Source of the DNA: Vulcanimicrobiota bacterium
GTDB lineage: Bacteria > Vulcanimicrobiota > CADAWZ01 > Ess09-12
Direction of reading: 5' to 3'
NCBI GenBank assembly: GCA_031082125.1
Contig: JAVHLM010000002.1
Coordinates: 239,012-303,011 of the forward strand
Length of the DNA: 64,000 bases
In this document: positions 37,374 to 46,928 of the stretch, one piece after another
Layout: the number at the start of each line of letters is the position of its first letter
Numbering within the stretch: position 1 is the first letter of the stretch
Made by a program: the position numbers and the translations under genes
The notes under the pieces: model-generated
Told to the model about the DNA's origin: nothing
Seen by the model: only the letters and a program-made list of their open reading frames with translations
Databases searched by the model: none

Positions 37374-39608
37374 ATGAGTGACAAATCTTTTGCCCAAATC
37401 GTCGTGGATCTCAATGTAAAGGGGCTTGACAGGCTCTTTACCTACCATGTTCCCCCACCCTTTCGGGACATGCTTGAGATTGGCTCCATAGTGAGGATCC
37501 CTTTCGGAAATAAAATGAGAGCCGGGTTTGTCGTTGAGTTCGCCGCCACAGGGGGGACCCTGGAAAAGGGGATAGAGATCAAGGATATTGATGCAGTGCT
37601 CCGTACCGCCTCGCCATGGCGCCGGGAGCTCATAGAGCTTGCCCAGTGGATGTGCCGTTATTACGGGTGCACCTTCCTTGAGGCCCTCAGGGCAAGCCTG
37701 CCGCCTTCCATGGTCATCCGCCAGGCCAGGGTGAGAGAAAACGAAAAATTCAGGAAGCTTGTGGTGTTGAAAGCTCCCCTTCCGGCGGGTTATCCGGAGA
37801 AATTCCCGGCAAAAGCTCCGCGGCAGAGAGAGGCCCTCGATAAGCTCTCAGCCCGGGGCTCTCCCCTCCCGGCGGCGGAACTGGGAGTGTCCCTGCAGGT
37901 TTTGAGGGATCTTCAGAAAAAAGACCTTGTGGAGATAAGAGAGGAAAGGATCAACAGAATCCCCGGCATCACCCGCTCATTCGATCCCACTTCACCCTTT
38001 CAGCTCACCAGCCAGCAGCAGGAGGCTTATGATAAGGCGGTACTCCTGATGAAAAATGGGGAAGGCTCTGTCATGCTTCTTCATGGCGTCACGGGAAGCG
38101 GGAAAACCGAGGTCTATCTGCAGGCAATTGCCCACTGTCTCAGCCAGGGAAGAACAGCCCTTGTCCTTGTCTCGGAAATCGCCCTCACTCCCCAGGCACT
38201 GGACCGGTTCAGGGGAAGGTTCGGTGCTATGGTGGCCCTTCTCCACTCGGGGCTCTCGGCAGGTGAGCGCCACGATGAGTGGCGGCGCATCATGGAGGGC
38301 GAGGCCCGGGTGGTTCTAGGCGCCCGGGGCGCAGTCTTTGCCCCCCTTGAGGACCTGGGCCTCCTGATACTTGACGAAGAGCATGAGACTTCTTACAAGT
38401 CAGAAGCCGATCCCCGCTATCATGCCCGCCATGTGGCCGTGAAAAGGGCCCTCCACAACAGGGCGGTCCTTCTTCTCGGGAGCGCCTCGCCTTCCCTCGA
38501 AAGCTACTACAGGGCCCGGCAGGGTGCCTACACCCTGGCTGAGCTCCCTGAACGCATTCCGGGGACCAGCTTCCCTTCAATGAAGATCGTTGATCTCAGG
38601 AAGTATTACAACCGTCCCGGGGGAAGGCTTTTCAGCCCCTACCTCACAAGGAAGATAAGAGATGTCCTCAAGAGGGGGGAACAGGCGATTCTTCTCATCA
38701 ACAGGAGGGGGCTTTATAATTATCTCTACTGCACTGAGTGCGGCCATATCATCTCCTGTCCCCACTGCGACATCGCGCTGAGAATCCACCGCGATCCCAT
38801 GCTGATGAGATGCCATTACTGCCTTTACGAGCACGGGGTCCCCGAGGCCTGCCCCCATTGCAAGGGCCCTGGCCTCTCCTCCCGCGGAGGGGGAACCCAG
38901 CGGGCCGAGAGCGAGCTTGCCCATCTTTTTCCCCAGGCCCGCATCATAAGGATGGACAGGGACACCACGAGAAAAAAGGGAGCCTATGACTATTACTATG
39001 ATCTTTTCAGGCGCGGTGACGCCGATATCCTGCTGGGGACCCAGATGATAGCCAAGGGCCTGGATTTTCCCCGGGTAACCCTCGCGGGAGTTCTCATGGC
39101 CGACGTGGCCCTTTCCCTTCCTGATTTCCGGTCAGGTGAGCGCACGTACCAGCTCCTTCTCCAGGTGGCGGGAAGGAGCGCGCGCAGCGTTCTGGGGGGC
39201 GAGGTGGTCATCCAGACCTACAACCCCGATCATCCGGCACTCGCAGCCCTCATGGGACACGATCACAGGTGCTTCTATGAGTGGGAGCTGCGAAGCCGCC
39301 AGGAGCTCAGCTACCCTCCCTTCATGCACATGGTGCGCCTTGTCTTTTCGGGCCCCCAGGAGGGACTCGCAGGGGCCGTGGCGGGATCCTTCAAAGATGA
39401 GCTCTCCCGGGGCGCCCTGGAGGGCCACATCATCATGGGCCCCGCTCCCTGCCCCCTTTCATTTCTTCGCAATGAGTTCCGCTTTCAGATCCTCATCAAG
39501 ACAAGAGCTGTCACCGATATCGTGGCCCTGGCAGGAGGGATAAGGGAGCGCTTCTCGAGGAAAGAGGTAAGGGTCACTCTTGATGTCGATCCCGTGTCGT
39601 TCCTTTAG
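37374..39608 (+). CDS. priA: Primosomal protein N' (replication restart helicase PriA)
   Basis: Walker A GVTGSGKTEV, DEEH box, Cys4-Cys4 zinc motif (CTECG ... CPHCD ... CHYC ... CPHCKG). Start taken at internal ATG 37374; track ORF begins 37341. Confidence 0.85.
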   Translation: MSDKSFAQIVVDLNVKGLDRLFTYHVPPPFRDMLEIGSIVRIPFGNKMRAGFVVEFAATGGTLEKGIEIKDIDAVLRTASPWRRELIELAQWMCRYYGCTFLEALRASLPPSMVIRQARVRENEKFRKLVVLKAPLPAGYPEKFPAKAPRQREALDKLSARGSPLPAAELGVSLQVLRDLQKKDLVEIREERINRIPGITRSFDPTSPFQLTSQQQEAYDKAVLLMKNGEGSVMLLHGVTGSGKTEVYLQAIAHCLSQGRTALVLVSEIALTPQALDRFRGRFGAMVALLHSGLSAGERHDEWRRIMEGEARVVLGARGAVFAPLEDLGLLILDEEHETSYKSEADPRYHARHVAVKRALHNRAVLLLGSASPSLESYYRARQGAYTLAELPERIPGTSFPSMKIVDLRKYYNRPGGRLFSPYLTRKIRDVLKRGEQAILLINRRGLYNYLYCTECGHIISCPHCDIALRIHRDPMLMRCHYCLYEHGVPEACPHCKGPGLSSRGGGTQRAESELAHLFPQARIIRMDRDTTRKKGAYDYYYDLFRRGDADILLGTQMIAKGLDFPRVTLAGVLMADVALSLPDFRSGERTYQLLLQVAGRSARSVLGGEVVIQTYNPDHPALAALMGHDHRCFYEWELRSRQELSYPPFMHMVRLVFSGPQEGLAGAVAGSFKDELSRGALEGHIIMGPAPCPLSFLRNEFRFQILIKTRAVTDIVALAGGIRERFSRKEVRVTLDVDPVSFL

Positions 39609-39723
39609 CAGGGCATTGCATAATGGGCCATAAAGAGGTATCATAGAGAGGGACAGAGGAATTTTGGGGCATGTATTGAATATTCTGGAAATTGCGAGAT
39701 ATTCTGAAGGGGAGGCTCATACC

Positions 39724-40821
39724 ATGAAAAAGATCTTGTTATATGCAGGCTGTGTCATCGTGCTCATAGCCCTGCTATCACCCCTGGTGATGGCGGCGGA
39801 TCCGGTATATGATCAGGAGTGGACCATTTACGTGAGGAACAGGGAGCTCCAGGCACCCTTTCAGCTCACGGGCGGGAGATTCTTCGTTCCCCTCTCCCCG
39901 CTCCTTGATGCCCTCAAATACAGCTGCTCGCAGGGCGATGACGGGGTGATCACGATAAACTCAACGCCCGGTGCGACGGGCGGCGTGACGATAAGCGGGG
40001 GGCGTGCCACTTTTGCTTATGGCGACAACAAGTTCAGCGTCAACGTGATGATGACGAGAGGGGAGAATTATGTCGAGCTCGCCACCTTCGCGAGAAATAT
40101 CGGATTGGGTGTCGTAAGCAACAATGACACGGGCATCGTTGATGTGGTGGTGCCCCAGGGTATTTCGGCCAAGGATTTTGAGAAGGAGCACAACCTTGCG
40201 GTGCTGAAGGGGAACGCCGAGGCCTCCGAGGCAGACAACACCGTGGGCGGTACCTATGCCACCATAGACAAGGGCCCCGGTTCCGACGCCACGTCACAGG
40301 GACTTGACACGAGCGGCCCCAAGGCTACCACGGCAGCTGCAACCGGCGCCGGCCCCGGCCAGTCGGTGGACCAGGGCCCCAAGACCTCCACGGCAAGCTC
40401 AACGGCGGAGCCCGGAGCGAAAACGGGCCAGAGTGCTGCAGCCACCACATCCGCCACGACGCAGAAAGGCAAGGAAGAGGAATCGCCTATCAAGCAGGTC
40501 GGAGATTTAGGCGGATTTGCCGACACGAGGACCTGGAACTGCTGGTGGAATGCCACCCTGAAGAACACCGGGGAGGATACGGTCAACAACGTCATTGTCA
40601 CGCTCCATATACAGGACGGCTACGGCAAGGATTTTGACACGCAGATCAAGCCCATCGGAAACATGCGGCCCGGCGACATTTCAAAGGTGGATTTCACCTG
40701 GATGAACAAGAGCAGGCTCAATGTATTTCCCAAGCTGGAGATCAAGCACGATCCCCTTCCCAAGAAAGAGGAAACCCCTGCGGGGCAGCAGCAGGTCAAG
40801 CCCGTGGTGAAGCCAAAGTAA
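39724..40821 (+). CDS. Hypothetical secreted protein with Thr/Ala/Gly-rich low-complexity linker
   Basis: ATG 39724 after GAAGGGGAGG RBS; signal peptide MKKILLYAGCVIVLIALLSPLVMA; central TTAAATGAGPGQ low-complexity segment. Confidence 0.55.
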   Translation: MKKILLYAGCVIVLIALLSPLVMAADPVYDQEWTIYVRNRELQAPFQLTGGRFFVPLSPLLDALKYSCSQGDDGVITINSTPGATGGVTISGGRATFAYGDNKFSVNVMMTRGENYVELATFARNIGLGVVSNNDTGIVDVVVPQGISAKDFEKEHNLAVLKGNAEASEADNTVGGTYATIDKGPGSDATSQGLDTSGPKATTAAATGAGPGQSVDQGPKTSTASSTAEPGAKTGQSAAATTSATTQKGKEEESPIKQVGDLGGFADTRTWNCWWNATLKNTGEDTVNNVIVTLHIQDGYGKDFDTQIKPIGNMRPGDISKVDFTWMNKSRLNVFPKLEIKHDPLPKKEETPAGQQQVKPVVKPK

Positions 40822-40855
40822 AACATCGCAGCTTATATTCACGAAAGGAAGTTGA

Positions 40856-41344
40856 ATGGCAATGGCGCTCAGGCCGATAAGGTTTCTCGGTGAGCAGGTG
40901 CTGCGCAGGAAGGCCAAGGACGTGGAAAAGCTTGACGCCTACATTATCCAGCTCCTCAATGACATGGTCGATACGATGTACCAGAACAGAGGGATTGGCC
41001 TTGCGGCAAACCAGGTGGGCGTGCTGAAGAAGCTCATTGTGATAGACATAGGCGAGGGCCTTATCAAGCTCATCAATCCAAGGATATTGAAGAAGGAAGG
41101 GAGCGAGGTGTGCACCGAGGCCTGCCTGAGCATGCCGGATATGCTCGGCGAGGTGGACCGGGCCACCGAAGTGACGGTGAAGGCGTACGATGAAAAGTTC
41201 AAGCCCTTTGAAATCACGGGGCGGGGACTTCTTGCCCGTGTGCTTCAGCATGAGATCGACCACCTTCAGGGCAGGCTCTTTATAGACATGGCTACCAACG
41301 TGAGGAAATGCCCTCCCCCGGAGGAAGAGCAGGAGAATCCTTGA
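40856..41344 (+). CDS. def: Peptide deformylase
   Basis: 162 aa; motifs GIGLAANQVG, EACLS (EGCLS-like), HEIDHL. Confidence 0.9.
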   Translation: MAMALRPIRFLGEQVLRRKAKDVEKLDAYIIQLLNDMVDTMYQNRGIGLAANQVGVLKKLIVIDIGEGLIKLINPRILKKEGSEVCTEACLSMPDMLGEVDRATEVTVKAYDEKFKPFEITGRGLLARVLQHEIDHLQGRLFIDMATNVRKCPPPEEEQENP

Positions 41345-41402
41345 CGCCCACTCCGGCACCGGTAAGGGGAGCGGCCCTCTCCCGAGGAGACTGTGGTTCA
41401 CC

Positions 41403-42365
41403 ATGAAAGTCTTGTTTTTCGGCTCCGAGGATTTTTCCATTCCGGCGCTGCGCATGCTCTCGGAAGGACCCCATGAGGTGGTGGCTGTGGTGACGCAGCC
41501 CGACAGGAAGAAGGGCCGGGGTCACCAGGAGAGCGGGACGGAAGTGGCGGAATACGCTCATTCCCGCGGGATTCCCCTCCTCAAGCCGGAGAAACTGAAG
41601 GATCCGGGATTTCTGGAGACTTTGAAGGATCTGGCGCCGGATCTTGTGGTGGTCTGCGCCTATGGCAAGATCCTCAGGCAGAGGGTGCTCGTCTGCCCTC
41701 GCCTGGGATGCATAAATGTCCATCCTTCCCTTCTTCCCCGATACCGTGGCGCCACACCCATCGAGGCCGCCCTGAGGTCCGGTGACACGATAACGGGCGT
41801 CACGATCTTTTACATGGACGAGGGATGTGACACGGGAGATATAATTGTACAGAAACAGTATCCAATCGGGCCTGATGATACAAGAGGCTCCCTCAGGGAG
41901 AAGCTTTCCCATTTTGCCACAGGAGTGCTCGGGGAAGCCCTTGAACTGATCAGCGAGGGAAAGGCACCGCGGTGCCGCCAGACCGATGAAGGGGTCTGCT
42001 GCACCGCTCTGATAGAAAAGGAGGACACCTTCATAGACTGGTCGCTTCCGGCAGAGAACCTGGTCAATTTCACAAGGTCCCTCTGGCCGAGACCCTCGGC
42101 TCAAACTCTGTTCCGCGGGAAGCTGCTCAAGGTGGCTCCTCTGTCAATGGCTCCTGTCAGTCATGGGGGGACGGCACGGCCGGGGGAGATACTCGAGGTG
42201 AGGAAGAATGAAGGACCCCTTGTGGCGACGGGAAAAGGGGTAGTGAAACTGGGAGAGGTGAAGCCTGAGGGAAAGAAGCTGATGACGGCATGGCAGTTTT
42301 CCCTTGGCTACAGTCCAAGGGCAGGCGAGAGCTTTTCGCTGCCGGAGGGGTGCCCTTCCCTTTAG
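41403..42365 (+). CDS. fmt: Methionyl-tRNA formyltransferase
   Basis: 320 aa; N-terminal formyltransferase motifs (MKVLFFGSEDFSIPAL, INVHPSLLPRYRG) and C-terminal domain. Confidence 0.9.
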   Translation: MKVLFFGSEDFSIPALRMLSEGPHEVVAVVTQPDRKKGRGHQESGTEVAEYAHSRGIPLLKPEKLKDPGFLETLKDLAPDLVVVCAYGKILRQRVLVCPRLGCINVHPSLLPRYRGATPIEAALRSGDTITGVTIFYMDEGCDTGDIIVQKQYPIGPDDTRGSLREKLSHFATGVLGEALELISEGKAPRCRQTDEGVCCTALIEKEDTFIDWSLPAENLVNFTRSLWPRPSAQTLFRGKLLKVAPLSMAPVSHGGTARPGEILEVRKNEGPLVATGKGVVKLGEVKPEGKKLMTAWQFSLGYSPRAGESFSLPEGCPSL

Positions 42366-42390
42366 AGGGGCCATAAAAAGGAGGAAATAT

Positions 42391-43398
42391 ATGCGAAACC
42401 GTATTCTCTGCATCATCGCAATCCTGGTGCTGTGCGCAGCCCTGGCGGGAGGCTGCGCCTGGGCCAGTGATGATGAGAAAGGACTCACCAACTGCTCCAC
42501 CCACATGAACACTCTGGTGCAGGCAATAGAGCTCTGGGCCAACGATCACAGGGGAAATTTCCCCACGAAAGAGGAGTTCTCAAGCCCCCGGTTCCTGGAG
42601 TACGTGAAAAAGGTGAAAGGGGGCTTTGCGAAAAAGGAGGTCTGCTGCCCCGTCTCAGCCAGGCCCTATCTCTATCAGTCCCTTCCCCTCCAGAAGAGCT
42701 ACGTGATCAAGTGCCCCACACCCGAGATGCATGGACTCGCGTCTTTCTATTACTCCCGCGACAAGATGTTTGTCAAAGGGAAAAAGGTGCCGGTTGCAAA
42801 GAAGCCTTCCGGCACTTCTCCCGTCGCGGCGGCAGCTCCCACACCCGCGGCCACTGTAAGTGCAAAACCTTCCCCTTCCCCCTCGGCCAAGGTGAGCGCA
42901 AAGCCCACCCCTTCTCCCACGGCTTCACCTGCTGCGGTCAAAAAGCCGGGGAAGACTGAATCTCCCGAGCACCAGGATGTGCTGAAGGAAGACAGGGAGA
43001 AGATTATCACCGTCATCACGGCCCTCTATAATGCCTATTCCGAGAAGAACCTCGACAAGATAATGGAGCTTGAAAAGGAGTCCATCGAAGCATCAGCCAC
43101 CGATTACGAGAAGAAGGGAAAAGGGCCGGCCCAGGAAGTGAGGGAGGCCTTTAAGAGCGCCACGAAGGAAATAATAGAGCACAAGGATTTCAAGATGCTT
43201 CCCCTCAACATGAGCGATCTGACCTTCCAGAAAAGGGGAAAGTTCGTCAAGGTCACGAGCGTAGTACCCATCATAGCCACCGAGAGGCTCGAGGTCATGG
43301 AGGAGGGGAAATACTTTTTCGTGAGACTCCGGATAGGAGAGCTTGTCTTTGACCAGCGCTCTGACGGATGGAAAATTGTCAACATGTATCTTTACTGA
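42391..43398 (+). CDS. Hypothetical lipoprotein with Pro/Ser/Ala-rich linker
   Basis: ATG 42391 after AAAAGGAGG RBS; lipobox LAGGC; linker SAKPSPSPSAKVSAKPTPSPTASP encoded by imperfect DNA repeats; globular C-terminal domain. Confidence 0.55.
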   Translation: MRNRILCIIAILVLCAALAGGCAWASDDEKGLTNCSTHMNTLVQAIELWANDHRGNFPTKEEFSSPRFLEYVKKVKGGFAKKEVCCPVSARPYLYQSLPLQKSYVIKCPTPEMHGLASFYYSRDKMFVKGKKVPVAKKPSGTSPVAAAAPTPAATVSAKPSPSPSAKVSAKPTPSPTASPAAVKKPGKTESPEHQDVLKEDREKIITVITALYNAYSEKNLDKIMELEKESIEASATDYEKKGKGPAQEVREAFKSATKEIIEHKDFKMLPLNMSDLTFQKRGKFVKVTSVVPIIATERLEVMEEGKYFFVRLRIGELVFDQRSDGWKIVNMYLY

Positions 43399-43440
43399 AA
43401 GGAAGGGCCATCAGGGGAAAGGCTCTCGCGGAGGACTGAT

Positions 43441-43470
43441 GGAGGGGAACAGCGACTCCCCTCTTTTTTT
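43441..43470 (+). terminator. Predicted intrinsic terminator after def-fmt-lipoprotein genes
   Basis: GC stem gagggg ... cccctc with 10-nt loop followed by 7 T residues. Confidence 0.55.
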
Positions 43471-43526
43471 CCCGGCCGGCCTGGCTCCCTGAAAGCCATG
43501 GGTGCAGGTGAGTGGATCTCAAGGGA

Positions 43527-44591
43527 ATGGACCTCCGGGAGCTTGAGGAGTTTTTTATCGTGCTCGGTGAGGAAGCCTACCGCGGGAAGCAGATGATGAA
43601 ATGGCTCTATGGCAAGGGAGAAAGCAACTTTGCCGCCATGACTGATTACGGCAGGGAGCTTCGCGGGCGCCTCTCTGAGGCAGCCTCCATCGGTCAGCTG
43701 AAGGTAGTCACACGGCAGGTGTCGTCTGACGGTGACGCCGAGAAGTATCTTTTTGCCCTCGCTGATGGCCATCTTGTCGAGAGTGTCCTTATGAGCTACG
43801 AGGATCACCTTGGTCCCTCGAGGATGACCGCCTGTATCTCCACGCAGGTGGGATGCGCCATGGGATGCACCTTCTGCGCTTCATCAATCGGGGGATTCGT
43901 GAGAAACCTCACCGCCGGCGAGATAGTGGACCAGGTGCTCCAGATCCAGAAAGAGATAGCCTCCCGCCAGGTGAGGGTCGCCAATGTGGTGATGATGGGC
44001 ACGGGAGAGCCCCTCCTCAATTATGACCATGTGATGAAAGCCGTGAGGATCCTGAACCATCCCGACGGGATTGCCATCGGGGTGAGGCATATCGCCATAT
44101 CGACCTGCGGCATAGTCCCCGGGATTGAAAGGCTTGCCACCGAGGGCATGCAGGTAAAGCTTGCCGTGTCCCTTCACAGCGCCAATGACGAGGTGAGGAG
44201 CTCCCTGATGCCGGTCAACAGGAAGTATCCCCTTGCGAGGCTCATGGAGAGCCTCCAAAATTACCAGAGGATGACGGGAAGGCGTGTCACCATAGAGTAT
44301 GCCCTTATCAGGGGCGTGAATGACGGGGTTCATGATGCCATAGCCCTCCGTGAGCTCCTCAGGGGCCTTACTGCGCTCATCAACCTCATACCCCTCAATC
44401 CTGTCGCGGAGTTTTCTTGCCAGAGAAGCAGAGATGACTCCGTGGAGCGTTTCAAGAAGGTGATGGATGAGGCGGGAATCAGGACCACCGTGAGAAAGGA
44501 GCGGGGCGTCGATATAGACGCGGCCTGCGGCCAGCTCAGAAAAAAGGCGCGAGCGGCAGAAGGATGCCATGGAATACCTGAGAAAGCTTGA
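43527..44591 (+). CDS. rlmN: 23S rRNA/tRNA adenine-C2 methyltransferase RlmN (radical SAM)
   Basis: CxxxCxxC radical-SAM motif in GCAMGCTFCAS; conserved N-terminal GEEAYRGKQ; ATG 43527 (track ORF begins at GTG 43512). Confidence 0.85.
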   Translation: MDLRELEEFFIVLGEEAYRGKQMMKWLYGKGESNFAAMTDYGRELRGRLSEAASIGQLKVVTRQVSSDGDAEKYLFALADGHLVESVLMSYEDHLGPSRMTACISTQVGCAMGCTFCASSIGGFVRNLTAGEIVDQVLQIQKEIASRQVRVANVVMMGTGEPLLNYDHVMKAVRILNHPDGIAIGVRHIAISTCGIVPGIERLATEGMQVKLAVSLHSANDEVRSSLMPVNRKYPLARLMESLQNYQRMTGRRVTIEYALIRGVNDGVHDAIALRELLRGLTALINLIPLNPVAEFSCQRSRDDSVERFKKVMDEAGIRTTVRKERGVDIDAACGQLRKKARAAEGCHGIPEKA

Positions 44592-45279
44592 AAAGAGTCT
44601 TGAGCACCTCATAGAGGGAAGGATACTTGACCATTTCCAGGATGGCATCCACCCCATGGAGGTGGCAAAAAAGCTTGCCTCCATGATGAGGGAAGAGAAG
44701 CGCCTCATCCTGCAGAAATGTTACGGGCCCAATCATTACGTCATATCTCTCTCAGGGGAGGATTACCATGAGTTTTCCCGCCTTATGGCCACATTCAGGG
44801 GGGAGCTGGTACAGTTTCTCGCCATGGAGGCAGAAGATCTCGATCTTTCCTTCCTTGGCCCTCTTGGCGTTGAGCTTCATGAGGAGGGCTCTGTCAAAAG
44901 AGGCTTTGTAAAGCTCTCCTGCTCCTACACCTCGGGGGAGTCTGTCAAGGAGGGGGGGGCATCGCTCCAGGTGATCAGGGCCGTGCTTGCCGTCAAGGAA
45001 GGCTTCGGCAAGGGGAAGATTTACCCTCTCCTGGCAAGCGCAGTGACCCTCGGGCGCTCAGAGGATAACAGCATCATCATAAGCGATCCCAAGGTGTCGT
45101 CCCTTCACTGCAGGATAGAGCTGCAGGGCGACGAGTTTGTTTTAAAGGACATGGACAGCAGGAATGGCGTGGAGATTAACAGGAAGCCTGCCACAGGGGC
45201 GGTGCTCAGGGACAGGGATGAGATCGCTCTCGGTTATTCGATCCTCCAGTTCTTCAGGCTTTCCACCCAGTCCTTGTAG
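44569..45279 (+). CDS. FhaA-like protein (DUF3662-type N-domain plus C-terminal FHA domain)
   Basis: 236 aa; N-terminus MEYLRKLEKSLEHLIEG resembles FhaA; C-terminal FHA signature GRSEDNSIIISDPKVSSLHCRI ... SRNGVEIN. Confidence 0.7.
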   Translation: MEYLRKLEKSLEHLIEGRILDHFQDGIHPMEVAKKLASMMREEKRLILQKCYGPNHYVISLSGEDYHEFSRLMATFRGELVQFLAMEAEDLDLSFLGPLGVELHEEGSVKRGFVKLSCSYTSGESVKEGGASLQVIRAVLAVKEGFGKGKIYPLLASAVTLGRSEDNSIIISDPKVSSLHCRIELQGDEFVLKDMDSRNGVEINRKPATGAVLRDRDEIALGYSILQFFRLSTQSL

Positions 45280-45287
45280 GCGGGGAG

Positions 45288-46151
45288 GTGACTGCTTCAA
45301 CCATGGGAGAGTTAAGGGAGTTCTGGAAGAAGTACCGCAGAAACAGGCTTGCCGTGGCGGGCTTCCTTGTCATTCTGCTGATGGTTCTGGTTGCCCTTAC
45401 CTGCGGGCTCTATTCCCCCTATCCTCCCGATCGTCAGGATCTGAGCTTTGAAGGGGTTCCCCAGCCTCCCGGGGGCGCTCATCTCTTCGGCACTGACAAC
45501 TACGGGAGAGATGTTTTCAGCAGGGCCCTCTACGGCACGAGGATATCACTCCTTGTGGGCATCCTGGCCGTTTCCCTCTATATGCTGATAGGCATTCTGC
45601 TCGGCTCTTTCGCAGGCTATTACGGGGGGTGGGTTGACGGCCTCATCATGCGCGTCGTTGACGTGATGCTCTCCATTCCCACTTTTTTCTTTATCCTGGC
45701 CATCCAGGTGCTCCTCTCCCCCTCGGTGTTCAACGTGATAGTAGTAATCGGCCTCACCAGCTGGGCGGGGCCCACAAGGCTCGTGAGGGGACAGGTCCTG
45801 GCTCTCAAGGAGACGGCCTTCATCGAGGCGGCAAGGGCCTGCGGAGCCTCGGACTCCCATATTATTTTCAGGCATATCATCCCCAACTGTCTTGCCCCTG
45901 TCATTGTCATGGCAACGCTTGGAGTTGCGGGGGCCATCCTCACGGAATCGGTGCTGAGTTTTCTTGGCCTTGGTGTGCAAGAGCCCCAGGCAAGCTGGGG
46001 AAACATGCTTATGAGAGCCCAGGAATACATCTCCACTGCGCCATGGATGGCCCTTTACCCCGGCGTGCTCATCATGCTCACCGTGCTTTCCTTTAATTTT
46101 ATGGGCGAAGGCATCAGGGATGCCGTTGATCCCAAGATGAAGCTCCAGTGA
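45288..46151 (+). CDS. ABC transporter permease, DppC/OppC type, orphan
   Basis: 287 aa (GTG 45288; alternative ATG 45303); six TM segments and EAA-like loop (ETAFIEAARACGASD); no DppB, ATPase or peptide-binding SBP adjacent. Confidence 0.75.
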   Translation: MTASTMGELREFWKKYRRNRLAVAGFLVILLMVLVALTCGLYSPYPPDRQDLSFEGVPQPPGGAHLFGTDNYGRDVFSRALYGTRISLLVGILAVSLYMLIGILLGSFAGYYGGWVDGLIMRVVDVMLSIPTFFFILAIQVLLSPSVFNVIVVIGLTSWAGPTRLVRGQVLALKETAFIEAARACGASDSHIIFRHIIPNCLAPVIVMATLGVAGAILTESVLSFLGLGVQEPQASWGNMLMRAQEYISTAPWMALYPGVLIMLTVLSFNFMGEGIRDAVDPKMKLQ

Positions 46152-46176
46152 GGTCCCCCGTGAGGTCCCCCGTGAG
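46148..46176 (+). repeat. Tandem 12-nt direct repeat (GTGAGGTCCCCC x2 plus partial)
   Basis: gtgaggtcccccgtgaggtcccccgtgag starting at the permease stop codon. Confidence 0.6.
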
Positions 46177-46266
46177 TGAACAGGACTATGGGGGGATATA
46201 TGGAATACCTAAAGGTCCGGAATGAACCTTCCCCCTCATCACAAGAGAGCAAGGAGAACGCACGCA

Positions 46267-46896
46267 ATGCCAGTGCATGTCACAAGCCACCCCATGATCC
46301 AGCATAAGCTCACCGTACTGCGCAGGAAAGAGACGCCACCGAAAGATTTCAGGGAGCTTGTCGTGGAGATTACCACCTGCATGGCTTATGAAGCCACCAG
46401 GGAGTTTCACCTCAGGGAGGTGGACATAGAGACGCCGCTCATGAAGGCGCGCCTGAAGGGTGTCATTGAGAACGGCATCATCATCATGCCGATTCTCCGC
46501 GCAGGCCTGGGTATGGTAGACGGGATGCTGCGCCTCTTCCCTGATGCCCGCGTGGGCCATATAGGGATTTACCGCGAGCACGACACCCTCAAGCCTGTTG
46601 AATACTACTGCAAGTTTCCCCAGGAAATGGAAGGCGACGCCATCTTCCTTATCGATCCCATGCTTGCCACGGGGGGCTCGGCCTGCGCCGCCATTGAGTT
46701 CATGAAGACCAGGGGAATTCCGGGCTCCCGTATAAAATTCCTCTGCATCCTTGCCGCGCCGGAAGGTGTGGCGGCAGTGGAGGAGGCCCACCCCGATGTG
46801 GATATCTATGTCGCTGCCATTGACAGCCGCCTCAATGAGCAAGCCTATATCCTGCCCGGCCTCGGAGATGCCGGCGACAGGATGTTCGGCACTTAA
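46267..46896 (+). CDS. upp: Uracil phosphoribosyltransferase
   Basis: 209 aa from ATG 46267; PRPP-binding motif IFLIDPMLATGGS; N-terminus collinear with E. coli Upp. Confidence 0.9.
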   Translation: MPVHVTSHPMIQHKLTVLRRKETPPKDFRELVVEITTCMAYEATREFHLREVDIETPLMKARLKGVIENGIIIMPILRAGLGMVDGMLRLFPDARVGHIGIYREHDTLKPVEYYCKFPQEMEGDAIFLIDPMLATGGSACAAIEFMKTRGIPGSRIKFLCILAAPEGVAAVEEAHPDVDIYVAAIDSRLNEQAYILPGLGDAGDRMFGT

Positions 46897-46928
46897 GAGC
46901 ACCGCAAGGAGCACCGAAGGAGGTACTT

